Part shown: positions 12,662 to 25,792 of the stretch, piece after piece
Layout: each line of letters opens with the position of its first letter
Position numbering within the stretch: position 1 is the first letter of the stretch
Made by a program: the position numbers and the translations under genes
Source of the DNA: Takakia lepidozioides
Taxonomy: Eukaryota; Plantae; Bryophyta
Direction: 5' to 3'
Assembly: GCA_030704615.1 (NCBI GenBank)
Contig: CM060733.1
Location: 65,658,001 to 65,722,000 of the forward strand
DNA: 64,000 nucleotides
Notes under the pieces: generated by a model
The model's database searches: none
The model's input: only the letters and a program-made list of their open reading frames with translations
Told to the model about the DNA's origin: nothing

Positions 12662-14030
12662 CTCCAAGTCCAAACTGATGGAAGAGTAAATGTAATGCAG
12701 TGGGAGGGCAAGTTTTTTGGTATCCATTTCAAATGCCTAATATTCAAGTCTCCAGGAGTTACCCCACCAACTTGTTTTGTTTCGTAGTGCAAAAAACAGA
12801 CACCCCAGCGTCATTTGTAGGGGTGGGTACATTCTGGGAGCACTCACACAATCAGGGTATAAGTCACCGTGAACCAAATCGAGTTTGATGTGTTGCATAA
12901 AACTGCGAATGCAGTTTCAATGGTCGTCGGCATGTCTAGGGTGAGGGAATTGAGGGAATTCCAGAGTCCTCGACACATATTGGAGAAGTGTAGCACACTA
13001 TTTAGAAGGAGGTATGCCTTTGGGCTTGAGTATGGAAACTCCTATTGGGCATAGACACTCACTAATACTTTACTGGGTCGCAGGCTGCTGCCGTATCATG
13101 TGGTGGCTGAGTATGAGCCCGATGAGATGGAAGTTTCAACCTCAGAAGCGTCCAACCTGTCTGTCTCCCGCCTGCAAGCTTGGAATGAGAACATGAAGTC
13201 AAAGAGCCTGGAGTACATGGCGACATTAGAAAAGCAAATCAGTTCTTTCAATGTTATACTAAAAAGAAGGGCCGAAGGAGATATGCGAGGTGAGGAGAGG
13301 CTGCTTGTGGAGAAATGGTTACTGCTAGATGAGAAGCAAAAGCTTGCTGACGCACGTGCCCAGGTTCTGTTGCGCCCTGCCTCACATGCTAATGATCAAG
13401 TAGTTACTGCAATAATGATTTCATGGCCCAGTAGCCACAGTATGCACTTCAAGTTCATCACAGCACCATGGGTGCCCAGTCTTGATAAGTGAACCCGGTT
13501 GTAAGTATCTCCGGTGATGTCATATTGATATATGCATGGATGGTCAATTTGCTCCTATTCTCATCCTAGCTTAGTGCAACGTTTGATGGCTACTTCCTGA
13601 AGTATTAAGGATGCTTGCAATGCCATACCAGATTGAGGCAAAGGAGAGGGCCGAGAGAGCAGCTGCTGAGGCACGGTTAAAGGAAGCACTAGCTCAAGCT
13701 GAACGAGCGCGTGCCGAAGCTCAGGCTCAGGCTGAAGCTAAAGCTAAGGCCGAGGCAGCCCTGCAGGCAGAGGTCAGCTCCCAGCAAGAACATCTAGAGG
13801 CAGGCGATACTGGGGAAAAAGGACCGCAATCAGATCTGGGCGGGGAGGGCCTGAACTCTCTGGAAGGCTGGGGGACTTCTGAGGGTGAGGAAGAAGATGA
13901 TGATGATGTGTCAGAGGGCTTGTTTGCGGAAGAGGATGGAAGGGGGAATGGTGCTGAATTTGAGGGGGGAATCGTTAATACTGTGCAGAATGAGTTTGGT
14001 GAGGGTGATGAGCTTCAGTTCAGTGTGTGA
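12268..14030 (+). CDS. GLTSCR1-domain protein (BRIP1/2-like SWI/SNF subunit), exons 12268-12509, 13084-13363, 13632-14030
   Basis: ARQDVIRICNPDFRQPFSSIEDACER|LLPYHVVAEYE...EKQISSFNVILKRRAEGDMRGEERLLVE, followed by an Ala/Glu coiled coil and an acidic tail. Canonical splice sites restore the frame. Confidence 0.85.
12622..12661. repeat. Compound microsatellite (TG)11(AG)9 in intron 1
   Basis: Read directly. Confidence 0.95.
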
Positions 14031-14681
14031 AAACAGTGATGGATGTGGCCAACACGTTGCAATTCATGACTGACTAACATTGCATCAAATGTGTTCGCCC
14101 CACACGGGTCTAGTTCTTCTTTTTAAGAAAGAATTGAGTACTTTTCGCCTTTACCAGAAAATTGAACAACACAGGGTTTGCGTTCTCTGTTCAAACCAAT
14201 ATGTTCAAATCTGTGGTACATCAGAATGCAGACCCAGTAGAACTCAGGTGAAAGCCAAAGGTGGCTCTATGTATTATACTTGATTGAAGGCCAAAAATTG
14301 AAGGCCTTTCACATCCAGCATAGCATCTGTTGCAAAGTCTTTGTGGATGCAGTCAACCATCCTGACATTGAGTACAATAACAATTTGGGTTTAGTAATGT
14401 GTTCATTGTGACTCTTTGTTGTGCACCTAAGCATCGTGCCACAACATACATCGTTGTTCAACCACACTTCTTAAAGTCCTAGAAAGCTATGCCACAATTG
14501 AAAAGAGATGAGAAATGAGAGAAATAGAATGCAATGGAAATACTCTTTGCATGAAACCACATCACATCAAGAGCACACATAAACCTTCTTGCAATTCATG
14601 GCTTTAATTGGGTATCCATGGTATTGAACTCCCGTTAGCTAGACTTTGGATAACTAGTTAATCTCACCACTGTCATTCCCA

Positions 14682-17600
14682 TTACCTCTGTCCAAGGCAT
14701 TGTGGACACCACCATTCTTCGCTAGGAACCTCCTCAAGTGGCAGTGTTAAGCATCTCATGTGTCACCGGTGCCCTTGAGCATCTATCACACAGCGGCATG
14801 GTTGTGGCACCACCAGCATGCCCACATAGCATGCAACGCAACCTTGCAGGTACCACTGCAAGGTTGGGACCTATCATCCCATCCACGTGGAAAGTGAGAT
14901 GGCGCACACGATCCTTCCATACCATGTCATCTACCCTCCAGAATCAACGCTCCTAAATGCAACACCTCCCTGACTCTTAGAATCACACGCCCTGCTGTGA
15001 CATCCAAGGTCGTAGGCGCTGTCTGCTGCAAGTAAACATAATCCCCAGGGTTGAATCTCCAAACACACGGTCGATATCCTCCTCCATGTATAGTGACATA
15101 CCTCAATGTGTCTCGGTGTTGGGCAATAGCAAGGTTCTCAAAAGCCATAGGCATGACTCTCTTGAACAACTTTGCCCGCTGGTCACACGCTTGTGTCCAC
15201 ACATCCGGATTATCAAGGTTGAGGACTATTGCAACCTCCCTGCGAATAGATGCAGACAAATCCGGCTCTCAGCCAAAGAGAAGAAAGTAAGATGAGAATG
15301 AGGCAAGTGACGCTTGTTTGCTGAACCGATAGATATAGCCAACCAAGGCAGCTGAAGGTCCCAGTCTCCCAGGTGTCCCTTCTGCAAGCCGTACTTGCGC
15401 AAACCCCTCTTGACTGTTTGAATAACTCTCTCCGCCAAGCCATCAGCCCCGGGATGATCCTGAGAAGTAGTGCGGTGATCTATCAAGGCTTGTTCGCACA
15501 AAGCCTGAAACTCCCCCAAGAACTCTCTCCCCTGGTCCGTGAGTACCTCGGCTGGAGTACCAAATTGGCTAAGCACTCGATCTAAGAATGCATACGCAGC
15601 CCCCTCACTTGCCTTGTCAGGCAATGCCACCAACTCAATCCATTTCAATCCATTTAGAAAAATGTTCTACCATCACCAGCACATACTTATTATGGCGAAT
15701 CGCTAGTGGCAATGGGCCGGCGAAGTCAAGACTCCAACGGTAGCCCAAACTCAGAATGGATAAATGATGCAATTGTGGAGTAGGTGCGTTGAAAGAAGCC
15801 CGCACTCTATTACACACCATGCACCTTGTCATTAACTGTTGCACATCCTCATGCCCCGCCACCAGTACTATCCTTGCAGCAAACTATGAGTGCGTCGCAC
15901 CCCAAAATGTCTCAACTCCTCATGGGCATGACGTACCAATCGCGCTCATTGTGTTGGATGAGGCACAATCCTCACTCGTCCATCCTCCCATACCCGAAGT
16001 AGGTGAGTCCCTTCCCACTTAAACCTCTTGACTCGTTGTAGGATCCGATCTCTCTCCTTAACAGTCACACTAGCTGCCGTCCTTCCAGTACCAAGTAGGC
16101 CAACACTGCTGCATCTTCATGCACATCTTAGCACCACCAAGCTCATCACTGATCTCTGGATCATCATACACACCATCTACATGACCAATCCCATGGGGTG
16201 GACCAGCTTGAGCTCCCATTGCTAGAGTGCACAAAAAAGCAGATACATGTCATCCTGACATTATCTCCTCATCCGTCTCACCATGCCACCGAGCTCCAGT
16301 ATCATCATGTGTTCGCTCGTGCATGAATTACGACTCAATCCATCTGCATCCCGATTGACTATACCAGCTCGATGCACCACCTAGAAGTTGTACTCTCGAA
16401 GCATAAGTGCCCACCATGCAAGCTTCCATGTAAGCTTGTCTGACTCCATCAACCACTTCAATGGTTGGTGATCCGTGACAAGGGTGAAGAGATTGCCATA
16501 GAGATAGCATCTAGAATGTGCCACTACCCATACTACAGTTAGACACTCTCCTTCATATAAGCTATATTTCGTCTCAGCATCATTGTTCGAGCAACTAGCA
16601 TATGCCACTATGAACTCTCTTTCCTCATCATCCACCTGTACGAACACTGCTCCAATCCCCAACATACTCCAATCCGTATGTACCTGGAAGGACCGCCCCC
16701 GAATAGGCCGCCTCAGAATAGGCGCAGAAGTCAATCGAGCCTTGAGTTCCTCAAAGGCTTTCTCCTGCTCCTCCTCCCACTGTCATTCCTGACCCACCTT
16801 GATCAACTTGGTAAGAGCCTTTGCAATGCTGCTAAATCCCTTGACAAACCGACGATAATAGTTTGCCAACCCTATGAAAGCCTGTACTCTGCTCACATCT
16901 GTGGGACGTGGAATGCATGCTATGGCCTCCACCTTTGTCTGTTGAACACCCAATCCTCCATAGTATATCATGTGGCCCAAATACTCAATCTAATCGTGGA
17001 AGAACTTGCATTTTCCAGGGTGCAGTTGCAACCCGTGCGCTCTCAAACGCTCAAACACCACCTGAAAGTGTCTTTTATGCTTCTCAACCGTGGCACTAAA
17101 GATGATGATATCATCAATGTAACACCGGACAAAGTCTAGCCCTGCGAGAATTCTATCCATGATCCTCTGAAACTCTGCAGAAGCATTTTTCAACCCAAAT
17201 AGTAGGAAGCGCCATTGGTACAAACAATCCTTCCCATGCTGGTCAATCCCCCAGAATGTCGTCTTTTGCTTGTCAGCCTCTTTGATTGGCAACTGGTGGT
17301 AACCAGATCGCAGGTCCAATGTGCTAAACACCTTTGCATGCCCAATGACATCAAAGATCTTCTCTGGAGTTGGCATGGCATATCTATCGGACTTAGTTTG
17401 ACGGTTCACAAGATGATAGTCCCCACACATCATTTTTTCTGTCCAACTGCCATAGATATCCTTCTTAGTCGGCATCACCTTGCCGAGGCATATTCCCCGC
17501 CTGACAACTCCACCAATCCAGCTTCGAACAACTCCATAGTCCGTGACTAGATCAAAGACCTCTCCATGTCACTATATCTGTAGGGCCTTCGAAAAATTGG

Positions 17601-18100
17601 CGTGTCACTTGCCAAATCAATACGAATCTCCTGACCCTTCAAACTCCCAAAATCCTTCAAACCGAAGGCAAAGCAATTTCTATAAGCCCTTAGAAATCGC
17701 TGGATCTTCCATCTCTCTCCTCCGCTAACTGTAGGTCCAACATCTGGTTCCCAATTGTCCTCACTGACTGCAACCTTGGGTACACCAAGCTTGCTCCACC
17801 ATAGCCACATTGAGAACATCTTCCGTGCAAGAAACATTCTCAACCTCTTCAAAAACCATAGCCACATTGGTCTCCAACTGATCCTCAGTGTATGGCTTTT
17901 CCCACTCCTCATACTGCTGCTTGAGAGATCTAATGACTCTTTATTTGCGCATCTCATCCCACATCTGCCATGGGTGTTTACACCCCATGATCCTGTGGTC
18001 GCCCCTACTCACTTCCTCAACCGTCCTGGTTGGCAGAGAGGATGCAATACCAAATGAGAGTGCAGAAGTAACCACCATTGTTTGCAACCTCCGTTGTTCA
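14682..18100 (-). mobile_element. Degenerate Ty3/gypsy pol (RT-RNaseH-integrase) ending in a PHD finger
   Basis: RT LDLRSGYHQ, FGLKNA, YIDD; RH VHTDWS...YEGEC, TDHQPL; INT WSLDFAGP, TDQGREF, GLAERV; PHD CMLC...LCDRC...HMRCLTLPLEEVPSEEWWCPQC (frameshift near 14762). No LTRs found. Confidence 0.9.
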
Positions 18101-18102
18101 GT

Positions 18103-18503
18103 CACTACAACAAAAAGTGGGTTTTTCGACTTTGTGGTTGACTTTATTTTGAGTTGTTTGTGACACTTTTACTGTAGTCAAACTGCTCTGACAAGTAGTG
18201 ACAATGGTCAAGTCGTTTCAGGCAAGCAGTCAAACCGAGGTGCCAGGTTCTGACAGTCAAATGTGACGTTGGGACAGAGGATGATGACAGAGGATGATGA
18301 CGTGTAGTTAAGTGATTTAACTACAGTATGACGTAAATGCGACTTGGATGCGACGTGGACATGACGTGTAGTAAAGTTGTTTAACTGCATTATGACGTGG
18401 ATGCATGACGTGTAGTGAGTGGCTTAAGGGCAGAGTGACGTGGATGCATGACGTATAGTAAAATGGTACTACTGTAGTATGACGTGGATGGATGACGTGT
18501 AGT
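18103..18503 (+). mobile_element. Left end of a CACTA element with subterminal repeats (no matching right end seen)
   Basis: CACTACAACAAAAAG at 18103, where the gypsy element stops; ~43-bp TGACGT-rich tandem units at 18295-18503, then an AT-rich tract. Confidence 0.65.
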
Positions 18504-18964
18504 ATATATATACATAAATAATAATATATATATATATATATAATTGGGGAGGCTTTTTGTTTAATATTTGATTTTCTTGTTTTTGTTTATTACTGTTATT
18601 TTGTTTTTTCCATTTATTTTATATTTTATATCTATATCTATGTCAAAATATATATATATCAATTAGTGGGTTTTGTATTTAAATTTTTTGATTCGCTGCA
18701 CTGCATTGAAAATATATTACAAATACAACAAAACATAGAATACAAATACATGGCAAGAACCAAAAACATTTGGATGACTCAAAACTAGAGTGTTTTGTAA
18801 AACAAGTTTTGGCCACATTCTACAGATCACCAACATGAGGGCCATGTTGCCATATCCATAGATCAGTGCCCAAGTGAAGTCATTGAGTAAGGAAAATCTG
18901 CTATGCAGCTAGGTCTAGCACTATCGTGGACATGTTAAGAGAACATCAGAAATCATTTCGAGAA

Positions 18965-19640
18965 TCAATTCAAGAACTTGTAGTTCCAGAGAATGGTAAT
19001 GCCAGCTACCATGTTACTCAAAGTGACATCCACTTCCAGGGCTGCCTTGACATACATATCCACCAAGGCAGTGTTTAGAGTGACATCTAGTGGTACAATC
19101 CCCATGTCCACTAGGGCAGTGTTCAAAATGACATCTGGTACAAATCCAGCTTTGACAATGTCACCATGGACCTCTTTCCCCTTTTCCAGAGTTCCTAGGC
19201 TTGCACACGCATTGCAAACACAAACAAACGTGATGTGGTTGGGCTTCACCCTTCGCGTAGCAGTTGCTCATAGCTCTCCAAAGCATTCCTACCACACCCA
19301 TCCTTGGTAAATCCTGCCAACATTATATTCCATGTGATCAAAGATCGTTGAGGCATTCTGTGGAAAACTTGGTGAGCATCCATGATGCTCCCATACTTAA
19401 CATACATGTTGACAAGGGTGTTGAGTAGAAAAACATTTGGCGTGAATCCACTATGGATAATGTGAGTGTGCACCTGTTTCCAGCTTCCAGACCTTTCATC
19501 TTGATGCACTTAAGCAAGAGACAAACATACGTATCTGAATCTGCTGAAATGCCTCGTTGGTTGAAAGTTTGTAGAGCCTCTGTCAGTCTGCCTGCCTCAC
19601 AAAGCATCTTCACATGCGCAACATAAAAGGCATTGTGGAC
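18965..19640 (-). pseudogene. PLS-class PPR gene fragment
   Basis: LCEAGRLTEAL, TYVCLL, NVFLLNTLVNMYVKYGSIMDAHQVF, ITWNIMLAGF, KPNHITFVCVCNACASLG...GKEVH; frameshifted. Confidence 0.85.
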
Positions 19641-20334
19641 TCCCTCTCTTGATCCTCTTTTAGAAGCTGTGGTCATGGTTGAGGTGCCTGATTTTATCAA
19701 TTGTGCCGCTGCAGCTGCTACCTTTAGTTGACCATCTACCCATGCAGGTTTCTTGTAGCTATTGAACCACATGAAATCATAGGTAATCTGGAGCTTGAAG
19801 TCCGGCCCTCTTGGATGAATTTGGACCCACACTCTATCCCTGCTCCTTCAGCTATCCCTGCCTTGCTGCTAGCACCTGACAATGACAGCCTAGATTTGTT
19901 CTAGGAAACACCCAACTCAACTTATCACACTAGTTCACTATGGTCAATTGCATTTGCTACTCTCTGTAATCCAACAGGCATTCACCTTTTTGCCTTGATT
20001 GCCCCACCATTGACTGGGGTCAAAAAAATATTCATTCCACAGCTTCTCCTCATCTCAACTGTTACCTGTTTCTGGATACTTCCTTGTTGTCACATTGGCA
20101 GTACCATGTCAAAGTCACTCCAAACTATCAAAGGTTCGCTCAACCAGCTAACTTGCAGAATTCAACATGAAGATTTAGGGCCGATTCTGATAAGAGGGAA
20201 AAACAGGGTGAAATGTGTTGAAGAAGATGCCGTCATTAGCAGCGTTTGATTTTATCATTGTGCCGCTGCTGCTGCGGCTTCCAGTTGACCATCTACCCAT
20301 GCAGGTTTCTTGTAGCTATTGATCGATCTGGTAC

Positions 20335-20653
20335 ATTTCCAGCTTTTTAGATGCAACCATGCACCTCTTTGCCCTTTTCCAGGGCTGCCAGGCTTGCATA
20401 TGCACTGCAAATGCACACAAATATAATGTGGTCGAGCTTCCCCCCTTCCCTCATCATTTGCTTTCAGGTCTCCAAAGCCCCATCCGGCGCCCCTGCTCTG
20501 CACACCTTGCAAGCATCACGTTCCACGACACCACATCTCATTCAGCCATTATACTCCCTTGGCATCCTCAATGCTACCACATTTGGCATACATGGCCACC
20601 AGAGCAGTGTTCAGGATGACATCTGGTACAATTGCAGATTTGATCATGTCACT
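20335..20653 (-). pseudogene. Degenerate PPR fragment
   Basis: Same motifs (DVILNTALVAMYAKC, KLDHIIFVCICSAYASLAALEKGKEVHG) with deletions. Confidence 0.75.
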
Positions 20654-21987
20654 AGGGATCTCTTGAGTGTCATGCTTATGGAACTCATAAGCATGGCCTG
20701 CTGTGGATCTTCATGGTGAACTTGTTGCTGTTCTCTCTGATCCTCCACAATGTGATATTTCACCAACCATTCAGGCCACGTTCCCACAAGATCTTCTTCC
20801 TGAACGACCTCATTCTCCACAGGCGTTGCAGTGCCCTGACATTCTACCTCTGGAACCTCCGCCAAAGGTTTGGGTATTACATGCACAACAGGGATTTCCT
20901 TGGAACTCTGCACCCCTGGTACCACTGGTTCCCTGACCAAGCCAGAGTTTTCATAGAGAAGGTCACCCTTCTCAATGTCTGCCACGACCTGCTCTGTAGT
21001 GGGAATGTCAAACCCTTCACCTTCCAGAGCAATAGGCTCTGGTGCAACAACATGTACTAACTGAGGGACCTCTGAGACAACCGAGTCAACTGGTTGTGAT
21101 GGCTGTGGTATCGAAGTGACTTCTTCTTCCCTCTCCAAAGGTCATGCTTCCAGTAATAACAGCCCTCGGTGCTGCTGTTCCCCATCTTGCACAAGAACTA
21201 TGGAAACATCATCATTTCGCGGTTCCTTGAAACTAGTGGATCTGCCACTATAGTCATGTCCCTCTTTTGTCTCTTGGACTGGTGCCGCCCCTCCAATCCA
21301 CCTTCACCATGTCAAGAGCCCTGCTCCTCAATTGCAGTAGTTGCTGCCTCAAACACTCACATCTCCTTACGTTCTCGCGCATCAAGTATGCAAGAATCAA
21401 GAATAATTTGCGCAATCACTGGGCCAGACACAACGATTGGAGACTTAGCAGCAGTGCCTTGTAACCACTTCATCTCTTCCACCAAACCATTGTACATTAA
21501 GTCCGCCCAAGCCACATCTTCCCCCCTTAAGGCTTTCAGTATCTCCTCCGTAAATAATCTGCTAAGGTATTGTTGGTTCTATTTCATGGCAAACAACGTT
21601 AAGAACCTGACCAACTTCTTTGAACCCTGGGTACTCGGCCTTGGTGCAAGTGTATCCCTGAGTCTTAAAAAAACTCCCTTCTTGGAACAAATTGCCTATC
21701 TGCAATCTTGCCCTGTGCTCATCGACATTTACACGGCCTGAGGGCAATTCAAACAATTGCTGCAAGTATTGGGGAGTAATCTCTATATCTACTCCCCTCA
21801 CTTGTGTAACTCTCGTTTGAGGTTCAAAGTTCTGAATGAATTGTATCATGAACGCCCTATGATGCAAGGACCATTCCTTGCGTAGCAGTCCCTCCAATCG
21901 CAACTCCTTCCACAGTTGCACTGCCTGAGGTGTAGTAATTGTCTGCTTCTGCATAATCGTGGTGCTCTTCACCCTGACATCCTCCAT
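20654..21987 (-). pseudogene. Accessory ORF3 downstream of integrase (resembles the Athila-type 'putative plant transposon protein' region)
   Basis: MIQFIQNF...VRGVDIEITPQYLQQLFELP; after a frameshift, ALRGEDVAWADLMYNGLVEEM...GPVIAQII; then an acidic Pro/Glu/Val-rich region (20644-21138). Confidence 0.6.
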
Positions 21988-22789
21988 TCCCCGAATTCTC
22001 TTCATTCCAGATAAACAAGATGGCCTTGTTTGAAATAGCTCTAAGAAAGCTTGCAAGGCGTAGAGCATAAAAGTATGGTTGGCACAAAATGGAACGGGTA
22101 AGTGCGTATAAGCCTGTGGGGCTTGCAAGTATCGAGTGAGAGAGAATGTACTCTCAACCCGTCCGTCCTTGCGCCACTGCGTAAGAAGTAAAGCGAGCGT
22201 ATAATCTGTAATATCCGCCATAGCTACAAAGCTATAGCTTTGATTGCCCCTCCCGTCGAGACACTGGTTATTCGGAGTCACCCCGACTCTTCCGCTCATA
22301 ACTCTTCTAATTTATTGTTCTTGTTTCTTGGAGGGAACCACCTGCATGAAATTCTCGCTCCTGATTGGTTGTTGTCTCCTTGGGTAACTTCTTAACTTTA
22401 CCCTCCTCAGTGGACATTCCCACCTGGAATGTCCACTAGGACAGCACATGTGGCAAAAGTCCCCCTTTTCTGTACTCGTAAAGGGTTCCGTTACTTTTGC
22501 CCTGAAGCATTAATGGGCCCACAAATAGTTTTGGCTGATGTACCGGTTAGGTACTTTGATGGCCCAGTTTGTCCTCTTGCATGATGACACCCACTTTTGC
22601 AGTATATGCACCGCGGTGTGCTTCGCCCTAGTGACCACGTGTTTGTTTTTAGACATGCCTCCGTCTTCTCCTGTCCGCGTGGCATATTCTCCGAGTTTGA
22701 CTTCCAAGCTGTCTTTTCACCCGCCGGCCACTTTTCTGACGTTAACCCGCATCCACCTGTCACTAACCCTATGGACTGTACAACCCGCG

Positions 22790-22935
22790 TGGGCTGTGTT
22801 AGGCTGTGACAGGCTGTGTCAGACTGTGACGAGCTGTGATAGGCTGTGTGATGTTGTGATGGGTTGTGATAGACTTTGTGACACTGTGGTGGGCTGTGAT
22901 AGATTGTGTCACACTGTGGTAGGTTGTGATAGCTA
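22790..22935. repeat. 10-bp-period CTGTG array between pol and ORF3
   Basis: GGCTGTGTTAGGCTGTGACAGGCTGTGTCAGACTGTGACGAGCTGTGATA... Confidence 0.85.
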
Positions 22936-23033
22936 TGCGAACACCTGTACCTTCTGCCCTGGCCATACACACTCGGCTTAATGACAAGTGCTCCATACTC
23001 CGTTGGTATCACCGGTGCAGTCCGTGACTATTT

Positions 23034-25562
23034 CTATGTTTCAACATGCAAATCGTGCCGTAATGGTTTGTCATGGATACCACTATATCCCTTCAATTTA
23101 TTGGCATTGACTCTTCCCAGCATCTCTTTGTTAATGGTTTGTAACATAACTGTGTTGTTATCATACATCTTTTGTATGACATATGGTCCTTTCCATGGTG
23201 ATTTAAGCTTAGAAGCTTTAATCTTTCCCTTCTTCTGCAACCACAGTACCAAATCTCTCGTCTTAAAAGTCTTTAATCTACCTTCATCAAACTGATCTTT
23301 CCTCCTTATCTGAATTCTGGTCATGTTATCTGCTGCATCAGCACATACTTCTTCCACATGGTATAATTCATGTTTCCTGACCTTAATTGAATCTTCCAAT
23401 TCCATTCTCCTTCCCCATTCAGTTCTCATGGTAGGTAACAAGAACTCCACTGGAAGTAAAACTTCCATACCATAAACTAATTGGAATGGTATATACTTAG
23501 TGGTGACTTTATATGAAGTCATGTATGACCACAAAGCTATGCCAGCAGCTTTGTATCCCAATCTGTTCTGTTTGCATTGACTATCTTAGCCAAGATAGTA
23601 CATAGTATTTTGTTGGTAGCCTCTGCCTGCCCATTACCCCGTGGGTAATAGGTTGTACTCTTCCTATGCACAATCATGAACTCTTTAGTCAATAGTTCTA
23701 TGGTCTCATTAATGAAGTGACTTCCCTGGTCACTGCTAAATTCCAGGGGACAACCAAATCTTGTAAGTATGTTCTCATACAGGAACCTTGCTGTAGACTT
23801 AGTTGTGTTGTCCCTCAGAGCTTTAGCTTCCACCCACTTTGTAGTATAATCAGTGGCTGTGATTATATACTTGTTCTGTGTATTTCTGGCTGGTGGGTTA
23901 ATTTGTCCAACAAAGTCTAGTCCCCATTTCTGAAATGGTTCAGTAGGCATCGTAGGATGCAAAGCCATCTTCCCATATCTCTGCAATGGTCCTAGCCTTT
24001 GACACTCATCACAACTCTTGCAATATTTGTGTACATCCTTGAACAAAGTAGGCCACCAGTAACCTGCAAGTAGTATCTTTCTATTGGTAGTCTCTTCTCC
24101 AAAATGACCTCCAGCCACTCCTTTATGAACTTTCTCCAAAACTTTATTTACTTCTTGGTGGTACAAGCATCGTTTAAGAACTCCATCAGGTCCTAGCTTA
24201 TACATTCTGCCCCCTATCATAGTGTAAGGTAAAGCCTTGATAGTTATTCTCTTCCTCTGCTCCTTCCCATAACTAGGTGGGCACTGACCATGAGTAAGGT
24301 AGTATCTGATTGGCCACTGCCAATCTAACGAATCATCTGCACTTCCCTGCACCTCCACTGCAAATAAACTCGCATTAGGTAGTTGGTCGCGGGCTCTCCT
24401 GTTGCTAGGCGTGACAAGTGATCTGCCACAAGATGCAAACGGCCAGGCTTGTAAACAACTTCGAACTCAAACTCGTGCAAGATTATTAACCATCTTGCTA
24501 TCCTGCCACTTATCAAAGGCTTGTTCACCAGATAAATCAAAGCCTGATGATCCACATAAAACATAAACTTCCTTCCCAATAGGTAATGCCTGAATTTCTT
24601 GACTGCATAAATCATTGCCAATGCTTCTCTTTCAGTTGTGCTATAGTTCCTTTCAGCACTGTTCATCAACCTGCTAGCATAATACACAGGTGAATCTATG
24701 TTTCCTGTAACATTTTGGGCTAACACTGCTCCCAATGCTTCTCCTGAGGCATCACAGTGAACATGAAATACTCTATTTCAGTGAGGGTTAATCAGCACAT
24801 GTGTAGTTGTTACTGACAATGTAAGTTCCTCAAAAGCCTGTTGACATTCAGTTGTCTATGCAAACACTACATCTTTCTTCAGAAGCTTGCTCAATGGTGC
24901 TGCTATCTGTGCATACCGTCTGACAAATCTTCTGTAATAACTGGTTTGTCCAAGGAATCTCCTTAGACTCTGAACATTTCCTGGTGGTGGAGAGGCTTTA
25001 ATAGCCTCTGTCTTTCTGGGATCCACTAGCAGTCCCCTCTTACACACAATGTGTCCCAAAAGTACCCCTGAGTTCACACAGAAAGTACACTTCTCTGGAT
25101 TCAGGCCCAGACCTCTCATCCGAAGGGATCTTTCTTTGTACAAGCATTCAACTTCTTATAGTTCACACAGACTCTCAGTTTACCATTCTTTTTGGGAACT
25201 ATCACAATGGGTGACAACCATGTTGTATACTCTACCGGGTATATGAACTTAGCCTCAACCGACTTCTTGATCTCCTCCCCAACCTTCTGTGCATAGTTGG
25301 GATTCATTCTGTACCTTGCCTGTTTGATTGGTACTGACCCTGGTTCCAGTTCAATCTTATGCTGACAGATCTCAGGTGGTATCCCTTTCAGATCCTCATA
25401 GCTCCACGCAAATACATTTCTGTATTTGATGAACAGACTCTTGGCTTCCTCAAAGAATTCTGGCTCCAAGTCAGCCCCCACTTTCACCATTCTCGGTTCC
25501 TCCTCAGTTCCTACATTCACTTCTCTCACTTGCTCATCAGCTGTGATTGTCCAACCAGTCAC
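23034..25562 (-). pseudogene. pol (RT with internal deletion, RNase H, integrase)
   Basis: VFAWSYEDLKGI, WLSPIVIVPKKNGKLRVC, KKDPF fused directly to GLNPEKC (YxDD core missing), NYSTTEREALA, GGHFG...CDECQR, WGLDFVG, SDQGSHF, GQAEATNK, WKGPY. Confidence 0.92.
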
Positions 25563-25792
25563 TACTTCATCCTGTAAACTTACAGTGCTGGTTCTTCTAG
25601 GATTTCCATTTCTCCCTCTCTTTCCTCATAGAAATGTGGTGGGTAACTGCTTGTTTCACCCTCAATTGGTGTTGCTGTTACTACACCACAACATATACCT
25701 TTTAAACAACTTAGGCCTTCCAGTTGCATTTCTGCAACCTGCTCCCACTCTGGGTGTGCAGCGAACAGGGTAGCTTCCTGTTCCTCATCAAG

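Noticed and set aside
23004-23011. TGGTATCA as an iMet PBS
   Set aside because: Wrong strand and position for this element, and only 8 bp match.
22491-23012. 3' LTR or protein-coding ORFs in the CTGTG array
   Set aside because: There is no match to the LTR start and no PPT; the ORFs are repeat translations.
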